Below are positions 31,272 to 39,712 of a stretch of DNA of 64,000 nucleotides, one piece after another (within the stretch, counting starts at the first letter, position 1; each line of letters opens with the position of its first letter). The notes beneath the pieces were generated by a model. That model did not search any database. It was not told the origin of the DNA and saw only the letters and a program-made list of their open reading frames with translations. Origin of the DNA: Planctomycetota bacterium (GTDB taxonomy: Bacteria; Planctomycetota; Phycisphaerae; WQYP01); NCBI GenBank assembly GCA_021785435.1, contig JAJYFE010000003.1, forward strand, positions 1 to 64,000, in the 5' to 3' direction. A program made the position numbers and the translations under genes.

Positions 31272-31518
31272 GCCGGCGCTTGGCTTTCAATCGCGCTTTG
31301 ACAGTTTCCCAAGGTATCTCGCCTTTTTCCTTGCGGGCCTTGAGCGCGGCCTTCAAGTCGGCCGCATCTTCCAGCGCATCCAATGTCCGTAGATCGTCAA
31401 TGCTCACCAGCGCCGCGGTGGGTTTGCCCTTGCGGGCCAAAGGGATACGCTCTCCACCATAAGCCACACGGCTCAAGTAATCCGACAGGTTATTTCTGAA
31501 CGCCACAATACTATCCAT
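31237..31518 (-). CDS. Phd/YefM-family antitoxin
   Basis: MDSIVAFRNNLSDYLSRVAYGGERIPLARKGKPTAALVSIDDL...; overlaps toxin start; start at internal Met 31518. Confidence 0.75.
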   Translation of the reverse strand: MDSIVAFRNNLSDYLSRVAYGGERIPLARKGKPTAALVSIDDLRTLDALEDAADLKAALKARKEKGEIPWETVKARLKAKRRHVQAGDTTGKH

Positions 31519-31735
31519 ACTGCACACTCCAAGTACGCCGCAATTTATAATGTACATTATGTAAACTATCTTGTCAAGTGTTTTTTCATCGGCTCGCAAG
31601 TCACGCCGCGCTATGGCCGGTTGTCTTCGAAAAACGAGCATTCACACCACCCTTGCGAACGGCTGGCGTCGCCCACCGCTCCAGCGGCAGGTTCGGTAAA
31701 GCCGAAACCATTGAAGCAGAAAGACAATCACCATT

Positions 31736-32296
31736 TCATAGCCCCGCCGTCTGGGCGTTGGCTTCCGGTTTTGCCCAATCCATCGTCGTGCTTCCGGCCC
31801 GTCCTGCTGCCGGTGGAGGTGCGATCACGTTTGGCGGTCTAATCCATCGGTAACGATTCGCCTTGCCGCCTGCCACGACACCCGGCGTACCACGTTGCAC
31901 CAAGGCGATCAATCCCGATGCGGCCAGCCTCTGGAAAGCGCGCAGTGCCTCCATGGGCGTTGCAAAACCGCAGTGCTTGCAGGCGGCACGGGTTGTCAAA
32001 AAGAATTCGCCGGGCGGGTTGTTTCCCAATGCTCGGCAAAGCCGTCCCAAGGCGTCCAGCTTCGGCATATCCGGCAGAATAGGTGGTGACTTCTGGGCGG
32101 AGGCGGTGGCGCGGGCGATGGTGGCAGGAAACTTGCGACATTTCCCACCCCGGCAAAACTCTTGCCAGTTGAACTCCCTGTCTTTCGTCCTGATATACAG
32201 CTCGGCCTGCTCGTACCACAAGTCGAATTCGCCGCGGAGAGCCTCCGGTTCCGCGCCGGGGTTCAATCCCTTGAGAATCCCGACCAGTTCAAACAA
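31736..32296 (-). CDS. Hypothetical protein (island cargo)
   Basis: 186-aa ORF, no recognised motif. Confidence 0.4.
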   Translation of the reverse strand: MFELVGILKGLNPGAEPEALRGEFDLWYEQAELYIRTKDREFNWQEFCRGGKCRKFPATIARATASAQKSPPILPDMPKLDALGRLCRALGNNPPGEFFLTTRAACKHCGFATPMEALRAFQRLAASGLIALVQRGTPGVVAGGKANRYRWIRPPNVIAPPPAAGRAGSTTMDWAKPEANAQTAGL

Positions 32297-32299
32297 GCT

Positions 32300-32908
32300 T
32301 TAGTTTCGTACCCCAGCGCCCATGTTACATATGTCGTAAACAGACTTATGTAACAGCACGGCATTGGTAAGGGGCGGGGGAAATCGGAAACTTGGGTCTT
32401 CGGCAAGCTGAAACCATTCCGGGACGATGGTGGGTATCTGGCTGTCAGGTTCTGGCGTCCTTATCCACCGGTAGCAGACGCCCGATTCGTGTTCACTCGG
32501 CGGCAGAATCACGAACCTTCCGTCGGCTTTGAATTCGCCGCCTTGAAAATCTTTGCCGTGGACAGCTTCAGAAACCCTGCCGAAGAAGTGTTTGCCCCTG
32601 AATGTCTGCGACACCGGCAGTTCGGCGGCGATTTCGGCAAACTCGCTTTCCCACATGGCGCATGCAGGCACAACGTCAAAATCCAGCGCCACCAGCCCGT
32701 TGCTGCGTTGTCCGAGCGCTACACCGATCCCAGCAGTGCCAGGACGCGAGAATAGTTCTTCGGTTTGGCGGCGGCCGAGCGGTTCCCGCGTCCAGTACGT
32801 CCATCGGCACCGCGGTATTTTTCCCCGATCTACCGGAAATATGCGCCAGCCCCAAGATTGATAGAGGGCGGCGGTTTCGAGCAACGTAGTAGTGGCGATA
32901 GTGTTCAT
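32300..32908 (-). CDS. Bifunctional DNA primase/polymerase (Prim-Pol) N-terminal domain protein
   Basis: ALYQSWGWRIFPV...ALDFD..., resembles the Prim-Pol family; start assumed at MNTIATT. Confidence 0.6.
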   Translation of the reverse strand: MNTIATTTLLETAALYQSWGWRIFPVDRGKIPRCRWTYWTREPLGRRQTEELFSRPGTAGIGVALGQRSNGLVALDFDVVPACAMWESEFAEIAAELPVSQTFRGKHFFGRVSEAVHGKDFQGGEFKADGRFVILPPSEHESGVCYRWIRTPEPDSQIPTIVPEWFQLAEDPSFRFPPPLTNAVLLHKSVYDICNMGAGVRN

Positions 32909-32912
32909 GGCC

Positions 32913-33224
32913 TCACCGCGCCGGCAGCCCGGCTTCAAACCGCTCCAATTCTTGCGGCGAAATTCTTACGCTTCTCCCGATTTTCACCGCACGAATGTGG
33001 CGCGATGCACATAGCTTCCGAATCATGCGGGCTGACAATGCCAACCGCTCGGCAGCCGAAGCGTAGGTGAAGTAAGGGCGTATGTCTGTGGTGTTGGCCA
33101 TGCTGGGGCACTCCGTGTCCGCCCCGGCGACCACGGCCACCACGGCCGCGAAGTTCGCCCTTGGGCTATGACACCGAGCATCCATCACGTTGGCAGGCAG
33201 AAATTCCGGCGGAATTTCTGGCAA
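32913..33224 (-). CDS. AlpA/excisionase-like HTH DNA-binding protein
   Basis: YFTYASAAERLALSARMIRKLCASRHIRAVKIGRSVRISPQELERF, MerR-type/Xis-like HTH; likely start at internal Met ~33101. Confidence 0.55.
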   Translation of the reverse strand: MPEIPPEFLPANVMDARCHSPRANFAAVVAVVAGADTECPSMANTTDIRPYFTYASAAERLALSARMIRKLCASRHIRAVKIGRSVRISPQELERFEAGLPAR

Positions 33225-33621
33225 CTATTGACTTCTGCATAAATAATACAATAGTCAGGGCAAAAAAGGGGGTAGTTGCGTCTGGTGGATGCACCAGCGC
33301 AGCTCGCCTTATCGAGTCGCCTCCTTCGGCGACTTGGGCTGGGAGGCCCGCAGGCTCCGGAGCGTCCTACGGAGCGCCACGGCCAGGGCGTCGAGATGGG
33401 CGAGGCGTCTTTTCCGGCGGGAAGCCCCACGGGGCGGATAATGCATTCCCCGCCGCGAACGATACCCCCCCCCAGTATACCCCGCGTGGGGAAAGGGTGG
33501 GGAAAACCACTGGCAAAAACGGGATACTACTAGCAGATATGGACATATCTAGTTGATCCAATAAGAATGAAGAAAACCCAATAGGCATAAGGCAAAGCCG
33601 CATGGATATTGGGTTTCGACC

Positions 33622-33705
33622 GGGTGGCGGAATGGCAGACGCTCAGGACTTAAAATCCTGTGACCTGTAAAGGTCGTGCGGGTTCGAGTCCCGCCCCGGG
33701 CAGTC
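33622..33705 (+). repeat. Second copy of tRNA-Leu positions 3 to 3' end (attR); not a functional tRNA
   Basis: Identical to 29662-29744 but 5' end is GA... instead of GC..., breaking acceptor-stem pair 2. Confidence 0.8.
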
Positions 33706-34357
33706 CATAAGTGATCCCATGCTGACCGGTCATCGGATGACCGGCGCCAAGTATGAAACCCGCCAGCCGCGCAGGAAGGCCAGGCTGCTCGGCATGGCGC
33801 CAGGCCCAGGTCCGGCAGGTCCGCGCCAGTCGCTCCAGTTCGGAATCGCCCAAAATGGCCGGTAAGCCATCCGTCTCTGGGACGGCGCTGGATATCTCCG
33901 ACCACCCATCGCAAAGTCGCCACGCCACGCACAATAAAGCCACGGGCGATTTCTGGTTAAAATAGGAGCGGGGCGGTGGCGGCTGGTGTGGCGGGTGGTA
34001 GAGGGTGGCGCTGAAGATGGCTGGGGGTCCGCGAGGAGATAACGGTTACACTCTGGAAAAGAAATTGGCGCCGGCGTGGCAGAAATGCTAAGTAGGAACG
34101 CAGAATGAATGCGGCGATTGAAGCGGGGCGGATCTTCGACCTGCTACCGATTCATTCTGTGTTCCCACTCAATCCCGACCGCTATCGGAATGCTAAGCCG
34201 CAAACGGCTAATAAGCGATAGCCATCGGGATGGATTAACAGCGGCTGGGCCAGGCTTCGAAAACGGCGGCATTGGATCGCGGCGCGCGCGACGCGCGGAG
34301 CGGCGCCAGGGCGATAGGGTCAGGGCCGACGATTCTCGAACCGTCCGATAAGTCGAA

Positions 34358-37300
34358 ATGATCGGGAGACAGGAGCCGATAACAGTGAACCAACCGCCAC
34401 CCATCCGGGAGGGCCAAACCATCACCGGTTCGCTGTTCAGTGAGCCGATGCGGGTGGTGACGGTTCGCACCGAGGGGCCTGACACCTGGATTGCCGGCCT
34501 GGTTGGCCTGCGGAGCCAACGATTTCACGAGGTCACACTGACCGCCGATCAAATCGCCAAGCTCACCATTCTCGATGCCGCGCTCAACTACGCCGGCGAC
34601 GGCCACTTGCTCCGCCTGGGCCTGCAGGCCTATGCGCTGGGCATCGCGTATGAATTCGATCCCTACTTTGGCCTGTCCATTTCCCGCGTGGATCCGCTGC
34701 CGCACCAGTTGGAGGCCGTGTACGACTATCTGCTGAAGCTCGCCCGCGTGCGTTTTCTGCTGGCCGATGACGCCGGGGCCGGCAAGACGATTATGGCCGG
34801 GCTGCTTATCCGCGAACTGGAACTGCGCGGCCTCGCCGAACGCATCCTGGTTGTTGCTCCGGCCAACCTGGCGTTCCAATGGCAACGGGAACTGCGGGAT
34901 AAATTCGAGGCGAAATTCGAGGTCATGCGGGGAACCGATATCCGGGAGCAGTTTGGCTTCAACCAATGGCAGGAAAAAAAGCGGATTATCACCTCACTGG
35001 ATCTGGCCAAACGCGACGACATATTGCCCGGCCTCGGGCAGGCGCACTGGGATCTGGTCATTGTGGATGAAGCCCACCGCATGTCGGCGTCTGATGAAAC
35101 CCACAAAAGCCTGCGCTATAAACTGGGCGAGCTACTCCGCGATACCACCGATCACCTGCTGTTGCTCACCGCCACGCCGCACAAAGGTAACCCTGAAAAC
35201 TTCAGCCTGTTTCTGCAACTGCTCGACCTCGATGCCTATGCGGACGTGAAATCCATCCGCCAGGCGATGGAGCGCCGCCGGGCGCCGTTCTATCTGCGCC
35301 GCACCAAGGAGGCCATGGTCTATTTCCCGCAGCGCCAAGCCGACGGCACCTGGGTGGCCCGGAAGATTTTCACCAAACGCATTCCGCACACCGTGGATTT
35401 TCAGATGGATGGGCCGGAGTTCAAGCTCTATCAGGAGGTCACGCGCTTTGTGAAACGGCACAGCGCCCGGGCGGCGGCGCAGGGGGATGACCCGCGCGCC
35501 CGCGCTGTGGGTTTTCTGATGTCGCTTTATCAGCGCCGGTTGGCCTCCAGCGCCTACGCCATGCGCCACAGCCTGGAAAACCGCGCCCACCGATTGGAAG
35601 ACGGCCTTAAGCATGCCCAGGAGTTGGCCCGCGGAGCGCCGCCGGATTTGCCGTCATCCGAAGAAATCGAAGAAATGGAGGACACCGAACGGGAGCGGCT
35701 GGAAAAAACGTTGGAAGCCATCACGCTGGCGGGTAATGCCGAACAGGTCCGCCTGGAAGTTCAGGAGCTGCGTGAACTTGCCGCCCAGGCCCGCACGGTG
35801 GAGGACGGCGGCGCTGAGGCGAAGCTGTCGCGCCTGAAAGAGCTGCTCCAGAAAGAGGGCTTTTTCGACCGGCCTGACCAGCGCCTGCTCGTGTTTACCG
35901 AGTTTAAGGACACGCTGGATTATCTGGTCGCCAGGTTCAAGGGCTGGGGCTTCAGGGTGGGGTGTATCCATGGCGGCATGAAGCCCGGCTCGCGTGATGA
36001 ACCCGGCACACGGCTCTTCGCCGAGCAGCAATTCCGCGATGGGGCGATTCAGATTTTGGTCGCCACGGAGGCCGCCGGCGAGGGGATCAACCTGCAGGTC
36101 TGCAACATCCTGTTTAACTACGATATCCCCTGGAATCCTAACCGCTTGGAACAACGGATGGGCCGGATTCACCGCTATGGCCAGCACAAGACGTGTCTCA
36201 TATTCAACTTCGTCGCGAGTAACACGATCGAGGGCCATGTTCTGCGGCGTCTGCTGGCCAAGTTGCAGGAAATACGGGACGCGCTCGATGATGACGCCGT
36301 CTTCAACGTGGTCGGCGAAGTGTTGCCGGCCGCGCACGTCGAAAAAGTGCTGCGCGATTATTACGCCGGTAAACTCGGCGATGGCGACCTGGAGGAGCGG
36401 CTGCTGAAAAATGTTGAAGAAGGCCAGTTCCGCGCCATCTGCCAAAACGCGCTGGAAGGCCTGGCCTCTAAAAAGCTCAATCTGCGGATGCTCGTGGAGC
36501 GCCGGGCCTTGGCCCAGGAACGCCGCATGGTGCCCGAAACCATCGCCCGTTTTATCCGCGAAGCAGCGCCCTATGCCCGGCTGGAGCTGAAAACGCTTTC
36601 CACCGTGCCGCATGCGTTCGAGCCGGGCCGCACGCCGCCGGCCTTACGCAGCTACGAACGCGCCCCGGATTGGCGGCTGCCGGCGCTTTCGATCAAGTAC
36701 CCGCGCTGCTCCACGGACCGCGAAGCGGCCGAGAAAAATTCCCTGGAATGGATCACGCCCGGCCATCCACTTTTCGAGGCTATACGGCGGCATACGTCGG
36801 ACCTGGCCGCGGACGCTCTTGGCAAGGGGGCCTGTTTTTACTCGCTGGAGCATGATACCCCGGTACGCCTTGACTTTTATCGCGCCCGCGTGGTGGACGG
36901 GCTTGGGCAGGTCATCCATGAACGGCTCTTCGCCGTGGAAGTGGCCGACGGCAAAGCCCCCGCCATCCGCGAGCCGGGGATCTTGGGCAATTTTACGCCA
37001 GCCCCGGCGCCGCACGATCTGCCTGCGGCAGCCCAGGAGCCGGAGCCAACGGCCTGGCTCCAGAAAACCGCGCTCCAGCCATTTCTGGAGGAAACCCGCC
37101 AAGAGCGGCTGGGGGAAATCGAACGCGTCGCCGAACACGTGAGGCTATCCCTGACCGAGCTCATGCAGAGAGCCGATGACGAAATCGGCAAAGCGGCTAA
37201 TGAGGTGGAGAAAAAGCTGCCCGGCGCGGAGGGGCGGCTTTCCCAGGCGGAAAACCGTCATGCCGAATTGCTGGCCCGCCGGGACCGCCGCCGCCGCGAA

Positions 37301-37798
37301 CTGGAGCGACAACGTTCGCTATCTCTGCAGGCCGTGGAGCGTCTGACCAGTGTTCTGGTTCTGCCGCATCCCGATCGGGATGCGCCGGAGGTGCGCAACC
37401 TCCGGCAAAATCTCCAGACCGAGGCCATCGCCATGCAGGCGGTGCTGGAGCACGAAAAGGCGCAAGGCCGGCAGGTTTATGACGTCCACGAGAAAAATCT
37501 CGGCTACGATATCACCAGTCTGGACTTAGATTCCGGCGAACTGCGGCTGATCGAAGTCAAAGGCCTCGGCGCGGAAAGCGGCTCGGTGCTGCTGACGCCC
37601 AATGAATTACGCGTCGCCCAGGACCGGCCCGAATGCTTCTGGCTCTACGTGGTCACGAACTGCAACGCCCAGCCGACCATTTTCCCACCGATCAAAAATC
37701 CCGCCCGCCTGCCCTGGGGCGAAGTGGTTAAGGTCCAGCACTATGCGATAACGCTTAAAGATATGCGAAGCAGCCTCTCCACGGAGGGAGCAAAATGA
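34358..37798 (+). CDS. SNF2-family helicase with C-terminal DUF3883 domain (defense helicase; DISARM DrmD-like)
   Basis: Walker A DDAGAGKT, DEAH box (VIVDEAHRM), motif VI QRMGRIHRYGQ; C-terminus GYDITSLDLDSGELRLIEVKG...FWLYVV matches DUF3883. Confidence 0.85.
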   Translation: MIGRQEPITVNQPPPIREGQTITGSLFSEPMRVVTVRTEGPDTWIAGLVGLRSQRFHEVTLTADQIAKLTILDAALNYAGDGHLLRLGLQAYALGIAYEFDPYFGLSISRVDPLPHQLEAVYDYLLKLARVRFLLADDAGAGKTIMAGLLIRELELRGLAERILVVAPANLAFQWQRELRDKFEAKFEVMRGTDIREQFGFNQWQEKKRIITSLDLAKRDDILPGLGQAHWDLVIVDEAHRMSASDETHKSLRYKLGELLRDTTDHLLLLTATPHKGNPENFSLFLQLLDLDAYADVKSIRQAMERRRAPFYLRRTKEAMVYFPQRQADGTWVARKIFTKRIPHTVDFQMDGPEFKLYQEVTRFVKRHSARAAAQGDDPRARAVGFLMSLYQRRLASSAYAMRHSLENRAHRLEDGLKHAQELARGAPPDLPSSEEIEEMEDTERERLEKTLEAITLAGNAEQVRLEVQELRELAAQARTVEDGGAEAKLSRLKELLQKEGFFDRPDQRLLVFTEFKDTLDYLVARFKGWGFRVGCIHGGMKPGSRDEPGTRLFAEQQFRDGAIQILVATEAAGEGINLQVCNILFNYDIPWNPNRLEQRMGRIHRYGQHKTCLIFNFVASNTIEGHVLRRLLAKLQEIRDALDDDAVFNVVGEVLPAAHVEKVLRDYYAGKLGDGDLEERLLKNVEEGQFRAICQNALEGLASKKLNLRMLVERRALAQERRMVPETIARFIREAAPYARLELKTLSTVPHAFEPGRTPPALRSYERAPDWRLPALSIKYPRCSTDREAAEKNSLEWITPGHPLFEAIRRHTSDLAADALGKGACFYSLEHDTPVRLDFYRARVVDGLGQVIHERLFAVEVADGKAPAIREPGILGNFTPAPAPHDLPAAAQEPEPTAWLQKTALQPFLEETRQERLGEIERVAEHVRLSLTELMQRADDEIGKAANEVEKKLPGAEGRLSQAENRHAELLARRDRRRRELERQRSLSLQAVERLTSVLVLPHPDRDAPEVRNLRQNLQTEAIAMQAVLEHEKAQGRQVYDVHEKNLGYDITSLDLDSGELRLIEVKGLGAESGSVLLTPNELRVAQDRPECFWLYVVTNCNAQPTIFPPIKNPARLPWGEVVKVQHYAITLKDMRSSLSTEGAK

Positions 37799-38844
37799 AA
37801 TCATTCGAGCACGGCTATCTATTGGATACGGCCATTTCCCACTCGCTACTGAGGTCGATGCGGGTATTGGGGGAATTTCGGGGCCGCGAGAATCTCTACA
37901 CTGAACAATTTCCAGAGGTTCTGGAAACGCTGCGGCAAGTCGCCCTCGTTCAAAGCGCTGAATCTTCCAATCGCATTGAGGGCATTACGGTCCTTCCCGA
38001 GCGCCTCGCCCCTCTGGTAACCAAGAAAACGCAGCCGCGTGACCGGTCGGAGCAGGAAGTGGCCGGTTATCGCGACGTACTGGCCGATATCCACTCCAAT
38101 CACGCGCGCTTGAAGTTATCCACGGACCTCATACTTCGCTGGCACCAGATGATCTACCACTACACCGGCGAGATAGGCGGCGCGTGGAAAACCGGCGACA
38201 ATGCCATCTTGGAAACGCGGCCCGAGGGTCGGCAGGTGGTGCGCTTCCGGCCTGTATCCGCCGTGGGCACGCCGCAGTTTATGCAGCGACTCGTGGAGCT
38301 TTTTCAGCAATCCCTGGCGGAAGCGAAAACCGACCCGCTCTTGCTGGTTGCCAGCGCCATCTTTGATTTTGAATGCATCCATCCATTCAAGGATGGCAAC
38401 GGGCGTATCGGCCGGTTGCTCACGCTTCTGCTGCTCTACCAGTGCGGCTACGAGGCCGGGCGCTATATCAGCCTTGAGCGCATCGTCGAGGAAAGCAAAG
38501 AGACTTACTACGAAGCTCTATATAAAAGCTCGCAGGGCTGGCACAACGGCGAGCATGACCTTCGCCCCTGGTGGGAATATTTCCTGGGCACGCTGATCGC
38601 CGCCTACAACGAGTTTGAATCCCGCGTGGGCACCCTAAGTGGCGCGCGCGGTGCCAAGCGGGAAATGGTGCGCCATGCCGTGGGTCGCCTGCCACAGCGA
38701 TTTACCGTCGGCGATTTGAAGCGAGTTTGCGGCGGTGTAAGTTACCCCACGTTGCAGCGGGCCCTGGCCGACATGCGACGCGAAAAGCTGCTGCGGTGCC
38801 TGGGTCGCGGTCCAGACGCCCAGTGGGAACGGATTGAGGGCTGA
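37795..38844 (+). CDS. Fic-family AMPylase (class II, internal inhibitory SxxxEG motif)
   Basis: HPFKDGNGRIGR Fic motif; upstream SNRIEG inhibitory-helix motif; C-terminal wHTH; ATGA overlap with helicase stop. Confidence 0.85.
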   Translation: MKSFEHGYLLDTAISHSLLRSMRVLGEFRGRENLYTEQFPEVLETLRQVALVQSAESSNRIEGITVLPERLAPLVTKKTQPRDRSEQEVAGYRDVLADIHSNHARLKLSTDLILRWHQMIYHYTGEIGGAWKTGDNAILETRPEGRQVVRFRPVSAVGTPQFMQRLVELFQQSLAEAKTDPLLLVASAIFDFECIHPFKDGNGRIGRLLTLLLLYQCGYEAGRYISLERIVEESKETYYEALYKSSQGWHNGEHDLRPWWEYFLGTLIAAYNEFESRVGTLSGARGAKREMVRHAVGRLPQRFTVGDLKRVCGGVSYPTLQRALADMRREKLLRCLGRGPDAQWERIEG

Positions 38845-38845
38845 T

Positions 38846-39436
38846 ATGATAATCTTATCACGAAGTGGACTGGTGATAAGAATGGATGGAAAAAGATCAC
38901 CAATGACGCTACTATCCCCCAGCCGCAAGATTGTCATCATCGCCGGGCCAAATGGGGCGGGGAAGACAACGTTCGCGGAAGAATTTCTACCGCTGGAGGC
39001 CGGCTGTCCCGATTTTATTAACGCCGACTTGATTGCCCGCGGCCTTTCGCCATTTGCGCCGGAGAGAGCGGCATTCGAGGCTGGACGGATCATGCTGGCA
39101 CTGATGGCGCGCAAGACCGCCGCAGGCGAAAGCTTCGCGTTTGAGACGACGCTCAGCGGTCGGAATTATGCCCACCGCATCGCGCAATGGCGTAAATCCG
39201 GCTACCATGTGAAACTGATCTTCCTGAGTGTGCCCTCGGTCGATCTGGCGGCAGCGAGGGTGCGAGCTCGCGTTGCGCAGGGCGGTCATAATGTCCCCGA
39301 AGATGTGATCCGGCGGCGGTTTAAATCCGGTCTCAAGAATTTCCATGCCACCTATCGTTCACTGGTGGATAGTTGGATTCTTTACGATAATTCCGTAAGG
39401 CCGCCGCGCGTCCTTGAATCAGGAGGAAACCCGTGA
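38846..39436 (+). CDS. Zeta-toxin-like P-loop kinase (AAA_33/zeta family)
   Basis: IIAGPNGAGKTT P-loop, ~195 aa, fold pattern of zeta/PezT-type kinases; overlaps fic stop. Confidence 0.6.
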   Translation: MIILSRSGLVIRMDGKRSPMTLLSPSRKIVIIAGPNGAGKTTFAEEFLPLEAGCPDFINADLIARGLSPFAPERAAFEAGRIMLALMARKTAAGESFAFETTLSGRNYAHRIAQWRKSGYHVKLIFLSVPSVDLAAARVRARVAQGGHNVPEDVIRRRFKSGLKNFHATYRSLVDSWILYDNSVRPPRVLESGGNP

Positions 39437-39645
39437 CCACACGAATGGATACGCAAGACCCCGACATCCTGGGATCGTTGCCGGCGCTGCGAAGGGCCGC
39501 GCACCGCGCTCGCCGCCTGGCCATCCGGACCGGTACGCCGTGCTACATCATGCGCCGAGGGAAAATAGTCAACATTGCCATAAAGCGCCGTGGCGGTGGC
39601 GCTGCGCCGCTACGGTCGCAAAGGCAAACTAAAAGCACCACCTGA
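39433..39645 (+). CDS. Small ORF (70 aa) translationally coupled to the zeta-like gene; possible cognate partner
   Basis: ATG overlaps zeta stop (ATGA); Arg-rich; no recognised family. Confidence 0.3.
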   Translation: MTTRMDTQDPDILGSLPALRRAAHRARRLAIRTGTPCYIMRRGKIVNIAIKRRGGGAAPLRSQRQTKSTT

Positions 39646-39712
39646 CGAAAAGGGGCCACAAAGCTCTGGAAGGGCAAAGGTTTGTGCTGGGCAGGCGAGG
39701 CGGGGAAGGCCG

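Larger units (their letters stand above)
29660..33705. mobile_element. ~4-kb integrative element inserted at tRNA-Leu, bounded by an ~84-bp direct repeat (attL/attR)
   Basis: Exact repeat ccgggtggcggaatggcag...ccccgggcagtc at 29662-29747 and 33622-33708; int, Xis-like, Prim-Pol and RelE/Phd genes between the repeats. Confidence 0.7.

Noticed and set aside
34100-34170. Long-loop inverted repeat (CAGAATGAATG...CATTCATTCTG) upstream of the helicase
   Set aside because: It is a single 11-bp stem with a ~38-nt loop, has no partner copies, and could be chance. It is noted but not called as a feature.
33706-34357. Possible small ORFs in the 650-bp gap between attR and the helicase (for example 34109-34351)
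   Set aside because: They have no RBS or start context and are low-complexity. The gap is more likely a non-coding promoter or leader region of the defense operon.
35654-36613. 319-aa minus-strand ORF inside the helicase gene
   Set aside because: It is antisense to a strongly supported SNF2 helicase, so it is a spurious open frame.
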